The notes under the pieces were generated by a model. The model worked only from the letters and a program-made list of their open reading frames with translations, did not search any database and was not told the DNA's origin. Below, in pieces: positions 1 to 8,975 of a stretch of DNA of 64,000 nt (position 1 is its first letter; the number at the start of each line of letters is the position of its first letter). The stretch spans positions 19,063 through 83,062 of the forward strand of contig CAZGMS010000148.1 in NCBI GenBank assembly GCA_964526915.1. Reading direction: 5' to 3'. Source of the stretch: an uncultured Nitrospirales bacterium (GTDB lineage Bacteria; UBA10199; JADGCS01). The position numbers were made by a program, and so were the translations under genes.

Positions 1-220
1 AATTGAACTTGGGTCATGGGTGTCCATTTGTATTGTGTGCGCTTGTACTGATAATATGGATGCTGTGAAAAAGGCAACACACATTGCACGAATAAAAGCC
101 TGTCCGTATAGCCAACTTGCCATAATAATAGTCGTAGTTGGCCATAATATGCATATCGATTCTAGCCAACTAACACTATTTTATTGCCTTGTTGGCTTGA
201 ATACATTATTCTCAGGTTGT

Positions 221-1678
221 ATGAAACCCATCACCATTAAGACCCACAATAATTTTGTCGGCAGGGAGCGCGAGTGCCAGGTCCTTCAAAAAATCGCTCA
301 ACAGAACGAAGCGTCCATCGTCGTCGTCTATGGTCGGCGTAGAGTCGGGAAGACCGCGCTTATAGAGCAAACACTGCGCCATCGTAACCTCCTCAAGTTT
401 GAGGGTATTGAAGGTCAACCGGTGGTCAGACAAAAAGAAAACGCTCTTTATCAACTGTCGAAATACGCAAAAGATCCCTTGTTTGCAAAGGTTCAGATTA
501 AGAGCTGGTTGGAGTTTTTTGACATTCTGGCTCCTTTTGTGGCCCAAGGGCAATGGACGCTGTACTTTGAAGAGGTTCAATGGTTGGCTAACTATGAGAA
601 CGATTTTATCACGGAGCTTAAACACGCCTGGGACAACTGCTTCAGGCACAATTCCCAATTGGCCATTGTGTTATGTGGCTCTTCTCCGTCATTCATGATT
701 CGACATGTTCTTGAATCCCGTGCCCTCTACAACCGATCGCAACACGAAATCCAGCTGAAGGAATTTGATCTGCTAGAGGCCAGAAATTTTCTGCACAAAA
801 GATCGTTACGCGAAGTCATGGACGCTTATCTGAGCGTGGGGGGCATTCCCGAATATCTCAAATGGGTGAACAGGGAATCTTCTGTTATGCTGGGGTTATG
901 CCATAATGCTTTTGTTTCAGACGGCTTCTTTGTAAATGAACACAAACGAATATTCACCAGCAGTCTTGCCCAGAATAAAAATTACAAAAAAATCATTCAA
1001 TATTTAAGCAAAAAACGTTTTGCGACACGCAACGAAATCCTTAAACATCTCAAAACCGAATCAGGGGGGACTCTGAGCGCCCTCCTGCTGGACCTGGAAA
1101 TGGCTGGTTTCATTACCCGCTATGTCCCTTTTTATCTGGTTGAAAAAAGCGCACTCGCCAGATACCACATCAGTGACTTTTATCTTCAGTTTTATTTCAA
1201 ATTCATACAGCCCATCGAAAAAAACATAGCCGCCGGGGATTATAACAAAAATCCCATTAGCGCCTTACCCCAGACATCTTATCAAACGTGGGCTGGCTTT
1301 GCTTTTGAGAGAGTGTGTAAAAAATTCCATCGGGTCATTGCTCGCATTCTTGGGTTTGATTCTGTCAAGTATCGCGTCGGTGCTTTTTTCAGCCGCGAAA
1401 CTCAAAAACAAGATGCGGGTTGCCAAATTGATCTGGTTTTTGATCGAGATGATCGCGTGTACACGATCTGCGAAATCAAATACACACAGGGGTTGGTTGG
1501 CCTATCGGTGCTCAAAGAGTTCGAGAACAAGCTCGCCATTTTCCCCAACCGCAAAAAACACACCATCCAAAAAGTCCTGATCACAACTGATGGCGCGGAC
1601 ACAGCGCTCACCAATCGGGTTTATTTTGACAGGATCATCACATTAAAAGATATATTCAATCCTCATTATTGGGGGTAA
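221..1678 (+). CDS. AAA+ ATP-binding protein (Arch_ATPase / DUF234 type)
   Basis: Walker A reads VVVYGRRRVGKTALI after FVGREREC, the typical PF01637 N-terminus; the C-terminal half resembles DUF234. Start re-picked at ATG 221 (MKPITIK); the listed ORF begins further upstream at 20 in the same frame. Confidence 0.55.
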   Translation: MKPITIKTHNNFVGRERECQVLQKIAQQNEASIVVVYGRRRVGKTALIEQTLRHRNLLKFEGIEGQPVVRQKENALYQLSKYAKDPLFAKVQIKSWLEFFDILAPFVAQGQWTLYFEEVQWLANYENDFITELKHAWDNCFRHNSQLAIVLCGSSPSFMIRHVLESRALYNRSQHEIQLKEFDLLEARNFLHKRSLREVMDAYLSVGGIPEYLKWVNRESSVMLGLCHNAFVSDGFFVNEHKRIFTSSLAQNKNYKKIIQYLSKKRFATRNEILKHLKTESGGTLSALLLDLEMAGFITRYVPFYLVEKSALARYHISDFYLQFYFKFIQPIEKNIAAGDYNKNPISALPQTSYQTWAGFAFERVCKKFHRVIARILGFDSVKYRVGAFFSRETQKQDAGCQIDLVFDRDDRVYTICEIKYTQGLVGLSVLKEFENKLAIFPNRKKHTIQKVLITTDGADTALTNRVYFDRIITLKDIFNPHYWG

Positions 1679-1703
1679 TGAGTCATGGGTGCAACATCAA
1701 AGA

Positions 1704-3320
1704 TCAAAAGCCCAACTGTACTTGAACTTGTCCCACATGATAAACGCGGTCATCGGGACCAACAATGCCATCTAAATTAAAGGTATATTCAGCTTGAATT
1801 TTTGCGTTTTTTCCAGCAAAATAATACCCCATGCAGAGTGTGCCCGCATATTCATTTGCGGAATCACCATCGATATCACCACCCGATAACGTAGCTACAT
1901 TCGGCGCAAAAAAACCATCGTCGTTCGCACCATCCATCATCAAGTTTACACCTGCATCTGTGATATCATCCAACAAAGCATCGCCCCTAAGTGCAATTTC
2001 AAGTTTTTTAGGAATCACGAAATAGCTAGCCATAACAGTTGCCCCAACATCCGTTTGAGCTCTTGTAAATTGGTCAGGATCTACCTGCCGATAATTCCCG
2101 CCGACAATCAATGAAAAACCTTTGTATTTAAAACGGGTGTCTCCTGCGCCACCGAGCACCCTTGCCTGTGTCCCATCATCCATGTGACCAAAAGCAACTC
2201 CAAACCCGAATGTAAATATGGGGCTTTCTGAATAGGCAATATCTCCTTGGGCCGAATCCATTTTTCCCAGCACATTAAAATCGAACCTGCTAGTATAAAA
2301 CATCTCGGTGTTGGTATTTTCTTTGTAGGCCAAAGCCTGGCCGTTGGCCACGGACAATTTATAACTAAACCAACCAATTTCTCCAGTGGTTTCCAAACCA
2401 ACAGCATCGCCGTAGTCGAATCTGAACGCTGTTAAAGGCACCGAAATAAACATGAGCCCACCAGAACTCAAGACAATATTAGAAATCCCGCCCGGTTGTT
2501 TTGTAGCATTCACAATAAACGCGGGGTGAAATGCATAGCCAATAGCAAAAGTGTAAAGCGAGGTAGAACTAGCCGGAGAAAGTGTAATGTTGTAGGTAAA
2601 TTTTTCACTAAACGCATTTCCATCGATATTGAAATAAAGTCTTCTCAAGTTAAATGTGTGCCCATCCTCCAGGTCCTCCGCAAGAATAAAAGAATATTTA
2701 AACTGCAATCTGCCCGAAAAAATAATTTTAAATTTACCATCTTCGCTTTGTATAAAAAAACCTCCGTCGTATCCCGATGACTTGCCTTCTCCCTTGCCAG
2801 TTCTCATTTCAGCAAGTTCTTGTCTTAGATTGCCTATTTCTGTTAAAATGTATGATGTGTTATACTGGTTGGACTGGAAAGAGTGTTCTCTTCGTTGTTT
2901 CGGTTTTTTTTCTTCTGTCACAGGTTCTGGGATTGAAGATGACGCTGGTTCCGCCACCGGTGCAACAGCTTCAGGCTGAACCCGTTGCACCACAGGTGTA
3001 TCCTGCGTTTTCACCACATTGATAGTGGGTTGTGGTGGGGATGTGGCTTCTTCGACCACCTCGGTCTCGGGGTCCGCTGAAGGCGCTGTTGTATCGGAAG
3101 GCAGGGGTTTTAAGGAATTGTAATACGATTCGGGCAGAGTATTGGGGACATCCGTTGTGACTACAATGTTTTGTTGCTGGGTGGCGGCTGGGGAAACCTC
3201 TGCCACAACAGGCTCAATCCCGTTATAGGCCCGCCGTTTGATCTGGGCACTGGCCAGAACAGTGGCCGACAACAACACGCTCACACAAAAAATACAAATG
3301 ATCACGATATAACGTTTCAT
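1704..3320 (-). CDS. outer-membrane beta-barrel porin-like protein with Pro/Glu/Thr-rich linker and coiled coil
   Basis: Signal peptide MKRYIVIICIFCVSVLLSATVLASA; low-complexity P/E/T linker; alternating beta-strand pattern; C-terminal VQVQLGF with terminal Phe as in OMP barrels. Upstream ORF extension (IPAFAGMT) is translation of a hairpin repeat and was trimmed to ATG 3320. Confidence 0.5.
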   Translation of the reverse strand: MKRYIVIICIFCVSVLLSATVLASAQIKRRAYNGIEPVVAEVSPAATQQQNIVVTTDVPNTLPESYYNSLKPLPSDTTAPSADPETEVVEEATSPPQPTINVVKTQDTPVVQRVQPEAVAPVAEPASSSIPEPVTEEKKPKQRREHSFQSNQYNTSYILTEIGNLRQELAEMRTGKGEGKSSGYDGGFFIQSEDGKFKIIFSGRLQFKYSFILAEDLEDGHTFNLRRLYFNIDGNAFSEKFTYNITLSPASSTSLYTFAIGYAFHPAFIVNATKQPGGISNIVLSSGGLMFISVPLTAFRFDYGDAVGLETTGEIGWFSYKLSVANGQALAYKENTNTEMFYTSRFDFNVLGKMDSAQGDIAYSESPIFTFGFGVAFGHMDDGTQARVLGGAGDTRFKYKGFSLIVGGNYRQVDPDQFTRAQTDVGATVMASYFVIPKKLEIALRGDALLDDITDAGVNLMMDGANDDGFFAPNVATLSGGDIDGDSANEYAGTLCMGYYFAGKNAKIQAEYTFNLDGIVGPDDRVYHVGQVQVQLGF

Positions 3321-3364
3321 AAGACTCTTCCCTTTTGCTACCAAACCCAACTTCATATTAATCA

Positions 3365-3452
3365 TCCAGCTTTGACTTGTCATTCCAGCGAAAGCTGGGA
3401 TCCATGAATAGAAAAATATGGATTCCAGCTTTCGCTGGAATGACAAACATGT
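3365..3452. repeat. MITE-like nested inverted-repeat element (two inverted ~28-bp hairpin units TGTCATTCCAGCGAAAGCTGG[G/A]ATCCATG)
   Basis: Unit 1 at 3377-3406 and unit 2 at 3418-3446 are reverse complements; each unit is itself a hairpin (ATTCCAGC/GCTGGAAT around a GAAA/TTTC loop); extra CCAGCTTT/AAAGCTGG arms flank them. Confidence 0.55.
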
Positions 3453-4249
3453 CACTCACAAACAGCTGTGGTCGCGGAATTTTCGATATAACTTTCGACA
3501 TCCCCCATATCATAAGAGTTACCAGAGTAGCTCACAATCCCATCCAACCCATCGCTGGATAAACTCGTGCTCAGATAATATGTAAAACTGTAGCTTTGAT
3601 CCGCCGCCGTGCTTCCCACAGAAACATCGAGCGCAACACTCGTGCCTGAAGAAACTTCTGTTGTATCGGAAATACCTTGGCCACTTACATCATTACCTCC
3701 CAACACATATTCTAAATTAATATCCGTTTGGAGTTCACCTGTTACCGTTGGTGTAATAGCACATGTTCCGCTTTCTGTTTCGAGTACAATAATGTCCTGA
3801 CAACTACTATACTGAATAACAAACGAACCGACTAGCGTACCAGAATTCTGTGATGCCCCCAACGTGAACGTTGCGGACCCAATTATGTTCTTCGTACCTG
3901 CTGTAGTACAATCAATATCTTCACTCAGATCTATTGTAACACTTTGCTCATCTCCTCCGGGGTTGATGCTAAATTTTACCTGGTTATAGGCACCCGGCTC
4001 ATCATAACTTCCTGTAACCTCGGCAATATAATCTTCAAGCTTCCCCCTAATAGTATTAACCTTAGCCAGCACATCGGTACTCACCAACAAGTCCACCGGT
4101 CCCACGTTGGTGGCCACATCGTCTGTGACCGCAGACACATTGGGGTTGACATCGTCATTATTAACGGAATTGCTGTCGCAGTTAACAAAAAGAAACGAAA
4201 ACAACACCACAAGACACAAAATAAAAACTTTTTTTGAACAAATGGACAT
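3452..4249 (-). CDS. secreted/lipoprotein-like hypothetical protein (Thr/Ser/Gly/Val-rich)
   Basis: Start ATG 4249 gives MSICSKKVFILCLVVLFSFLFVNC, a signal peptide with a Cys; no recognisable catalytic motif. Confidence 0.4.
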   Translation of the reverse strand: MSICSKKVFILCLVVLFSFLFVNCDSNSVNNDDVNPNVSAVTDDVATNVGPVDLLVSTDVLAKVNTIRGKLEDYIAEVTGSYDEPGAYNQVKFSINPGGDEQSVTIDLSEDIDCTTAGTKNIIGSATFTLGASQNSGTLVGSFVIQYSSCQDIIVLETESGTCAITPTVTGELQTDINLEYVLGGNDVSGQGISDTTEVSSGTSVALDVSVGSTAADQSYSFTYYLSTSLSSDGLDGIVSYSGNSYDMGDVESYIENSATTAVCE

Positions 4250-4347
4250 GGTGACTCCCACAAATATCGCCAACGACCTGAACCTGAGCATTAGCGATAA
4301 TCCCAACGAGAATCAAGAGATAATACAAGAGGATGGCTTAGAAAAAA

Positions 4348-5304
4348 TCACACCAGATCGCAGGCAATTTGGTGATTTTCCCCAATGCGCCTGAGCTGGG
4401 GAACTTTTTGGGCACATTCCGGCAACGCCCGTGGGCAACGGGGGTGAAACACACAACCCGTGGGAGGGTTGATGGGAGAAGGCACATCACCTTCCAGTAT
4501 TTGGCGCTGTTTTTTGACCGTGGGGTCCGGCACGGGGATGGCCGAGATCAGACTCTTGGTATAGGGGTGCTGAACTGTATTCATGTTTACGGCCCTGAAC
4601 AGTTCCATCACCCTGCCTAGGTACATCACGCAAATCGTGTCGGAAACATGCTCCACCACCTTGAGGTCATGCGCAATAAAAATGAGCGTGAGTCCGAATT
4701 GTTCTTTGATGTCCTGCACTAAATTGATGATCTGCGCCTGGATCGAAATGTCCAGCGCCGACACGGCCTCATCGGCAATAATGAGTTTGGGGTTGACTGA
4801 CAACGCGCGCGCGATGCCAATGCGTTGACGTTGACCACCAGAAAACTCGTGTGGGTATTTGAGCATGACGTCTTCGTCCAGCCCCACCAATCGAAGTATC
4901 TCTACGGCTTTATCAAAAAGGTCCGCACGCGCGCAAATTTTATGGATGCGCAAGGGCTCCATGATGGCCTTGCCAATACACATTCGCGGGTTGAGAGACG
5001 AAAAAGGGTCCTGAAAAATCACCTGCATGTCTTTGCGCAAGGGCCTCATCTGCGCATTAGAAAACGATGTGATGTTCACCCCGTTGAACAGGATATCACC
5101 CCGATCGGGCTTGATGAGTCTCAAGATGAGCCGTCCCAGTGTGGTCTTGCCACAACCCGATTCCCCCACAAGCCCCAGGACTTCGCCCTGTTTTAGCTCC
5201 AGACTGACATCAGTTACCGCCTTGACACTCTGCCGCCGTCCCCCAAACAGGCCCTGGCGCACCGGAAACGTTTTATGAAGATTTTTTATTTCTAAAATAT
5301 TCAT
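4348..5304 (-). CDS. oppF: oligopeptide/dipeptide ABC transporter ATP-binding protein (OppF/DppF-like)
   Basis: Walker A GESGCGKTT, ABC signature LSGGQRQR, Walker B LIIADEAVSALD, C-terminal oligopeptide-transporter extension; start ATG 5304 (MNILEIKNL). Confidence 0.8.
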   Translation of the reverse strand: MNILEIKNLHKTFPVRQGLFGGRRQSVKAVTDVSLELKQGEVLGLVGESGCGKTTLGRLILRLIKPDRGDILFNGVNITSFSNAQMRPLRKDMQVIFQDPFSSLNPRMCIGKAIMEPLRIHKICARADLFDKAVEILRLVGLDEDVMLKYPHEFSGGQRQRIGIARALSVNPKLIIADEAVSALDISIQAQIINLVQDIKEQFGLTLIFIAHDLKVVEHVSDTICVMYLGRVMELFRAVNMNTVQHPYTKSLISAIPVPDPTVKKQRQILEGDVPSPINPPTGCVFHPRCPRALPECAQKVPQLRRIGENHQIACDLV

Positions 5305-5351
5305 GTCAAAAACAGCTGAAAGCTCAAAGCTCAAAGCTCAAAGGAAGAAAA

Positions 5352-5500
5352 CGAATGTCGAATAATGAGCAAGGATTTTCGAAGTGATTGTCATTCCTGC
5401 GCAAGCAGGAATCCATGTTTACATTAATTCTGGATCCCTGCCTTCGCAGGGATGACAAATTTCGATATTCGACATTCCTTGTTCGATATTCGATATTCAG
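5352..5500. repeat. large imperfect palindromic element (MITE-like) containing a second family of TGTCATTCCTGCG-AAGCAGG-ATCCA hairpin units plus TTCGATAT tandem triplet
   Basis: Outer arms GAATGTCGAATA (5353-5364) and TATTCGACATTC (5466-5477) are reverse complements; inner units 5388-5417 and 5430-5460 are inverted copies related to the 3377-3446 units. Confidence 0.5.
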
Positions 5501-5544
5501 TACCATATGCCTTTCGCCTTAAGCCTTTGGCCTTGAGCCAAAAA

Positions 5545-6519
5545 TTAATACGTATTCACACACCGCCATTGCCTCTCCCCCTCTTGTGTTAAGCCAATGG
5601 GACCGAGCCCACATTCCGGTGCTTTGCGTTCACACCGAGCCTGAAACCGACACCCTATCGGCAAATCCAACAAACTGGGCACCATACCGGGAATCGCGTG
5701 CAACCTCTTTTCAGCCTTGCCCTGAAGACTGGGGATCGATGCCAGCAAACCTTTGGTATATGGGTGTTTGGGGCTTTTGAACAACGACATCGTGTCGGCT
5801 TCCTCTACGATTTGTCCTGCGTACATCACGGCCACCTTGGTGGCATACGCGGCCACAATCCCCAAATCATGCGTGATGAGCAAAACCGACATGCCCGTTT
5901 CGTCGACCAATTTCTTGATGAGTTCCAATATCTGCGCCTGAATGGTCACGTCGAGCGCCGTAGTGGGCTCATCGGCGATCAACAATTCGGGCTCGCATGA
6001 AAGCCCCATGGCGATCATCACCCGCTGTCGCATGCCGCCACTCATTTCGTGCGGGTAATTATCGATCCGCGATTCGGGGTTGGGAATGCCCACACGCTCC
6101 AGCAGATCGACAGCCAGTGCCCGAGCCTGAATCCCGCTCACCTTCTGGTGCAGGGCAATGGCCTCCATGATCTGGTCTCCCACCGTGTACACGGGATTGA
6201 GACTGGTCATGGGCTCCTGAAAAATCATGGCAATGCGGGTGCCTCGCACTGTTTGCCTCACCTGTTCTTCCGCCAGAGCCAACACATCCCGCTCACCATC
6301 CTGTGTGTGCAACAAAACCCTGCCCCCCTCAACCCTGCCGGGCGCCTGAATCAAACGCAACACACTCATGGCCGTCACGGACTTACCGCTTCCGGATTCG
6401 CCGACCAGTGCAGTGATTTTGCCCTTTGGCAAATCCAGGCTCACATCATCGACCGCATAAATCTTGCCCTGACGGGTGGTAAAGGATGTTCGGAGGTTTT
6501 TGATTTCTAAAATATTCAT
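5545..6519 (-). CDS. oppD: oligopeptide ABC transporter ATP-binding protein (OppD/DppD-like)
   Basis: Walker [10 protein letters not shown], signature MSGGMRQR, Walker [14 protein letters not shown]-loop ITHDL. Confidence 0.85.
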   Translation of the reverse strand: MNILEIKNLRTSFTTRQGKIYAVDDVSLDLPKGKITALVGESGSGKSVTAMSVLRLIQAPGRVEGGRVLLHTQDGERDVLALAEEQVRQTVRGTRIAMIFQEPMTSLNPVYTVGDQIMEAIALHQKVSGIQARALAVDLLERVGIPNPESRIDNYPHEMSGGMRQRVMIAMGLSCEPELLIADEPTTALDVTIQAQILELIKKLVDETGMSVLLITHDLGIVAAYATKVAVMYAGQIVEEADTMSLFKSPKHPYTKGLLASIPSLQGKAEKRLHAIPGMVPSLLDLPIGCRFQARCERKAPECGLGPIGLTQEGERQWRCVNTY

Positions 6520-6600
6520 GTTAAAAACAGCTCAAAGGAAAAGCGTATCGCGTAGAAGGTTTCGCTTGTGCCCTTGAGGGTACTTATCGTCATCAACTGT

Positions 6601-6675
6601 AGCAATTACTGCAATTGTTGCAATCATTGCAATTGCCGCAATTGCTACGATTGCCCATTGCAAATTGCTCAATTG
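6601..6675. repeat. tandem array of about 8 units of a 9-bp repeat built on the 8-bp palindrome GCAATTGC
   Basis: agcaattac tgcaattgt tgcaatcat tgcaattgc cgcaattgc tacgattgc ccattgcaa attgctcaa; period 9, each unit contains the self-complementary CAATTG. Confidence 0.6.
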
Positions 6676-6681
6676 TTTCGT

Positions 6682-6719
6682 CCCTCGCCTGCCCTGAGCG
6701 CAGTCGAAGGGTCCCTCGT
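6682..6719. repeat. 38-bp dispersed intergenic repeat, copy 1 (CCCTCGCCTGCCCTGAGCGCAGTCGAAGGGTCCCTCGT)
   Basis: Identical 38-mer recurs at 7817-7854; both copies lie 25-55 nt beyond the 3' ends of consecutive minus-strand genes (oppC, oppB). Confidence 0.7.
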
Positions 6720-6743
6720 AAGCTCGTGCGCTCGTAAGCTCGT

Positions 6744-7760
6744 TTATCCCCCCCGTGGATCCACCGCGTCCCTCAGGCCCTCTCCCATCAAATTAAACGC
6801 TGTGATCGTTAAAAAAATGGCCGCGCCCGGAAAGGCCATGAGCCACCAGGCGATGTCCATATATTCGCGCGACTGACTTAAAATCTGTCCCCAACTCGCC
6901 GTGGGCGGCTGTACCCCAAAACCCAAAAAGGAAAGAGAGGATTCCACCAAAATCGATGACGCCACACCAAACGTGATCGACACCAAAACCGGCGACAACG
7001 CGTTGGGCAAAATGTGTCTGAAAATGATTCCTGTCGTCGACACCCCCAGGGCCCGGGCACTCGTCACAAAATCCTGCCCACGAAGTTTCATGAACTCGCC
7101 CCTCACCAGACGGGCAATGCCCGTCCAGCCCGTAAAGCCAATAACGATCATGATTTTGTACAGACTGGGCTCAATGAACGCGATGATCGCCAGGATCAAA
7201 AAGAAGGTGGGAAAGCACATCACGATTTCAATAAACCGCGAAATGATGATGTCGGGCCAGCCGCCAAAATAACCGGCCAGAGAACCGATGATGATCCCGA
7301 TGAGCACATAGATTCCCACTGCCACAAAACCAACCGACAGACTGATTTGGGCCCCGTAGAGCATGCGGGCCGCCACATCGCGGCCTTGATCATCCGTGCC
7401 CATCAAGTGATCCTTCGAAGGAGGCAGAAGAATGCTGTCCAAATCGAACTCGTACGGCGAATACGGAATAGGGGGCATCACAAACGAGTGAGCTGATTTG
7501 TTTTGTAATTTGCGAAAATCAGTTTCTAAAAACTGGGGGTAGGTCACAAAGCGGCCGACGAGAAACACATCCTCCAAAACAGGAAACGTTGTTTTCCCTT
7601 CGTGTTGATAGTAATAGGGCTTGTTGTTGGCCAAAAACGGTGCCGCCAGGGCCAACAAGACAGCAAGCAGAACAAACACAAACCCCACACGATTGAGGTA
7701 GGCGCCCCAAAATTTATCCCAGATCAAACGTGAGAATGTTTTGCGTTTCTGTTTTTTCAT
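6744..7760 (-). CDS. oppC: oligopeptide ABC transporter permease (OppC/DppC-like)
   Basis: N-terminal OppC-type extension, 6 TM segments, ABC permease EAA-like loop SARALGVSTTGIIFRHILPNALSPV. Confidence 0.85.
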   Translation of the reverse strand: MKKQKRKTFSRLIWDKFWGAYLNRVGFVFVLLAVLLALAAPFLANNKPYYYQHEGKTTFPVLEDVFLVGRFVTYPQFLETDFRKLQNKSAHSFVMPPIPYSPYEFDLDSILLPPSKDHLMGTDDQGRDVAARMLYGAQISLSVGFVAVGIYVLIGIIIGSLAGYFGGWPDIIISRFIEIVMCFPTFFLILAIIAFIEPSLYKIMIVIGFTGWTGIARLVRGEFMKLRGQDFVTSARALGVSTTGIIFRHILPNALSPVLVSITFGVASSILVESSLSFLGFGVQPPTASWGQILSQSREYMDIAWWLMAFPGAAIFLTITAFNLMGEGLRDAVDPRGG

Positions 7761-7816
7761 TAGTTCATTGTTTCATTTCTTGATTGATTCATTCATTCAT
7801 TCATTTGTTTATTCGC

Positions 7817-7854
7817 CCCTCGCCTGCCCTGAGCGCAGTCGAAGGGTCCCTCGT
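7817..7854. repeat. 38-bp dispersed intergenic repeat, copy 2
   Basis: Exact match to 6682-6719. Confidence 0.7.
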
Positions 7855-7870
7855 CCTTTCGTTCTTCCCC

Positions 7871-8971
7871 TCACTCCAGCCTGATCCTCGGATCCACAAC
7901 CACATACATCAGATCCGCCAACAGCAGGCTGAGCAGGGTCAAAAAAGCACCAATCGTGGCCGTGCCCATGATCAGGTTATGATCGCGACCTAACACGGCC
8001 TCGAACGACAACATCCCCATGCCAGGGATTGAAAATATTTGTTCAATGATTACAGACCCGCCCAGCAGAGCGGGCAACAAGGTCCCCATCAAGGTCACAA
8101 AGGGAATGAGGGCATTGCGCAGGCCGTGTTTGAACAACACCTTGGATTCAGGCAACCCCTTGGCCCTGGCGGTTCTGATGTAGTCTTGACTGATCACGTC
8201 CAAAAAATTACTGCGCGAAAAACGGGTCAAAAAAGCAAAGCCACCAATGGTTGAGGCGGCGATAGGCAACACCAAATGCCAGGCCACATCGAACATTTTT
8301 CCCAATAAACCAAGCTGATTAAAATAATCGGATTTGTATCCAACGATGGGAAACCAGTTCAGGTATTCACCCCCCGCCAGAAACATGAGCAACATGGTCG
8401 CCACCCAGAACGTGGGCAGAGAATACAACACAAACAATTTGACCATCACCATTTTGTCGATCACGCTCCCCTGTTTAATCGCCGACCAAATCCCCAAAGG
8501 AACGGAGACTGAGTACACAATGAGGATCGCGAGGATATTGATGAGCAAGGTGATCGGCAAGGCGCTCTTGATTTTTTCGATGACTGGTTGTCGATCCTTG
8601 AACGACCGGCCAAAATCGAGCACAGCGATGTTTCTGAGCCACTTGAGATAAAACACGGTGTTCTCACCAACATATTTGGCTGTCTTGTAAGACCTGTCTT
8701 GCTCATAGTCCGCCAAGGCCTTCTTTTTACCCGAAACAGCATCGCTAATTTTGCGGGCAAATTCCAGATACTCTTCGGACAACTGGATGGCGGGGGTTTC
8801 GCTCTTGAGGACAGCGGCCAGCGCGTCGGCATCCACACCCTCTTCCACGAACATGAGCTTGAGTTTGACCGGATCACCGGGAGCGAGCTTCATGATGAGG
8901 AACGTCATGAACGTGATCCCGATGAGTGTGGGAATCATGAGGAGGAGGCGTTTGAATATATAGAAAAACAT
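7871..8971 (-). CDS. oppB: oligopeptide ABC transporter permease (OppB/DppB-like)
   Basis: Start ATG 8971 (MFFYIFKRLLLMIPTLIGITF, the canonical OppB N-terminus); EAA motif IRTARAKGLPESKVLFKHGLRNALIP. Confidence 0.85.
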   Translation of the reverse strand: MFFYIFKRLLLMIPTLIGITFMTFLIMKLAPGDPVKLKLMFVEEGVDADALAAVLKSETPAIQLSEEYLEFARKISDAVSGKKKALADYEQDRSYKTAKYVGENTVFYLKWLRNIAVLDFGRSFKDRQPVIEKIKSALPITLLINILAILIVYSVSVPLGIWSAIKQGSVIDKMVMVKLFVLYSLPTFWVATMLLMFLAGGEYLNWFPIVGYKSDYFNQLGLLGKMFDVAWHLVLPIAASTIGGFAFLTRFSRSNFLDVISQDYIRTARAKGLPESKVLFKHGLRNALIPFVTLMGTLLPALLGGSVIIEQIFSIPGMGMLSFEAVLGRDHNLIMGTATIGAFLTLLSLLLADLMYVVVDPRIRLE

Positions 8972-8975
8972 AATA

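Noticed and set aside
212-658. Numerous antisense or overlapping ORFs of 60-180 aa (e.g. 212-658 -, 2108-2407 -, 20192-21013 -, 27854-28783 +, 29125-29658 -, 34885-35733 -, 43463-43948 -)
   Set aside because: They lie wholly inside well-supported genes on the opposite strand or in another frame and have no motifs or start context. They are treated as spurious.
3321-3455. N-terminal extension of the OMP ORF reading ...WIPAFAGMTSQSW... and the 3377-3562 plus-strand ORF containing IPAFAGMT
   Set aside because: These are translations of the inverted hairpin repeat units (GTCATTCCAGCGAAAGCTGG); the same peptide appears on both strands. The real OMP start is ATG 3320 with a good signal peptide.
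6601-6675. Possible CRISPR array
   Set aside because: Units are 9 bp with no spacers; this is far too short and regular. No cas genes are present in the window.
6568-6876. Plus-strand ORF encoding the Cys-rich string CSNYCNCCNHCNCRNCYDC followed by PSPALSAVEGSLV
   Set aside because: It lies antisense within the minus-strand opp operon and is simply the in-frame reading of the 9-bp tandem repeat and the 38-bp dispersed repeat. The 7784-7993 ORF is likewise the dispersed-repeat translation.
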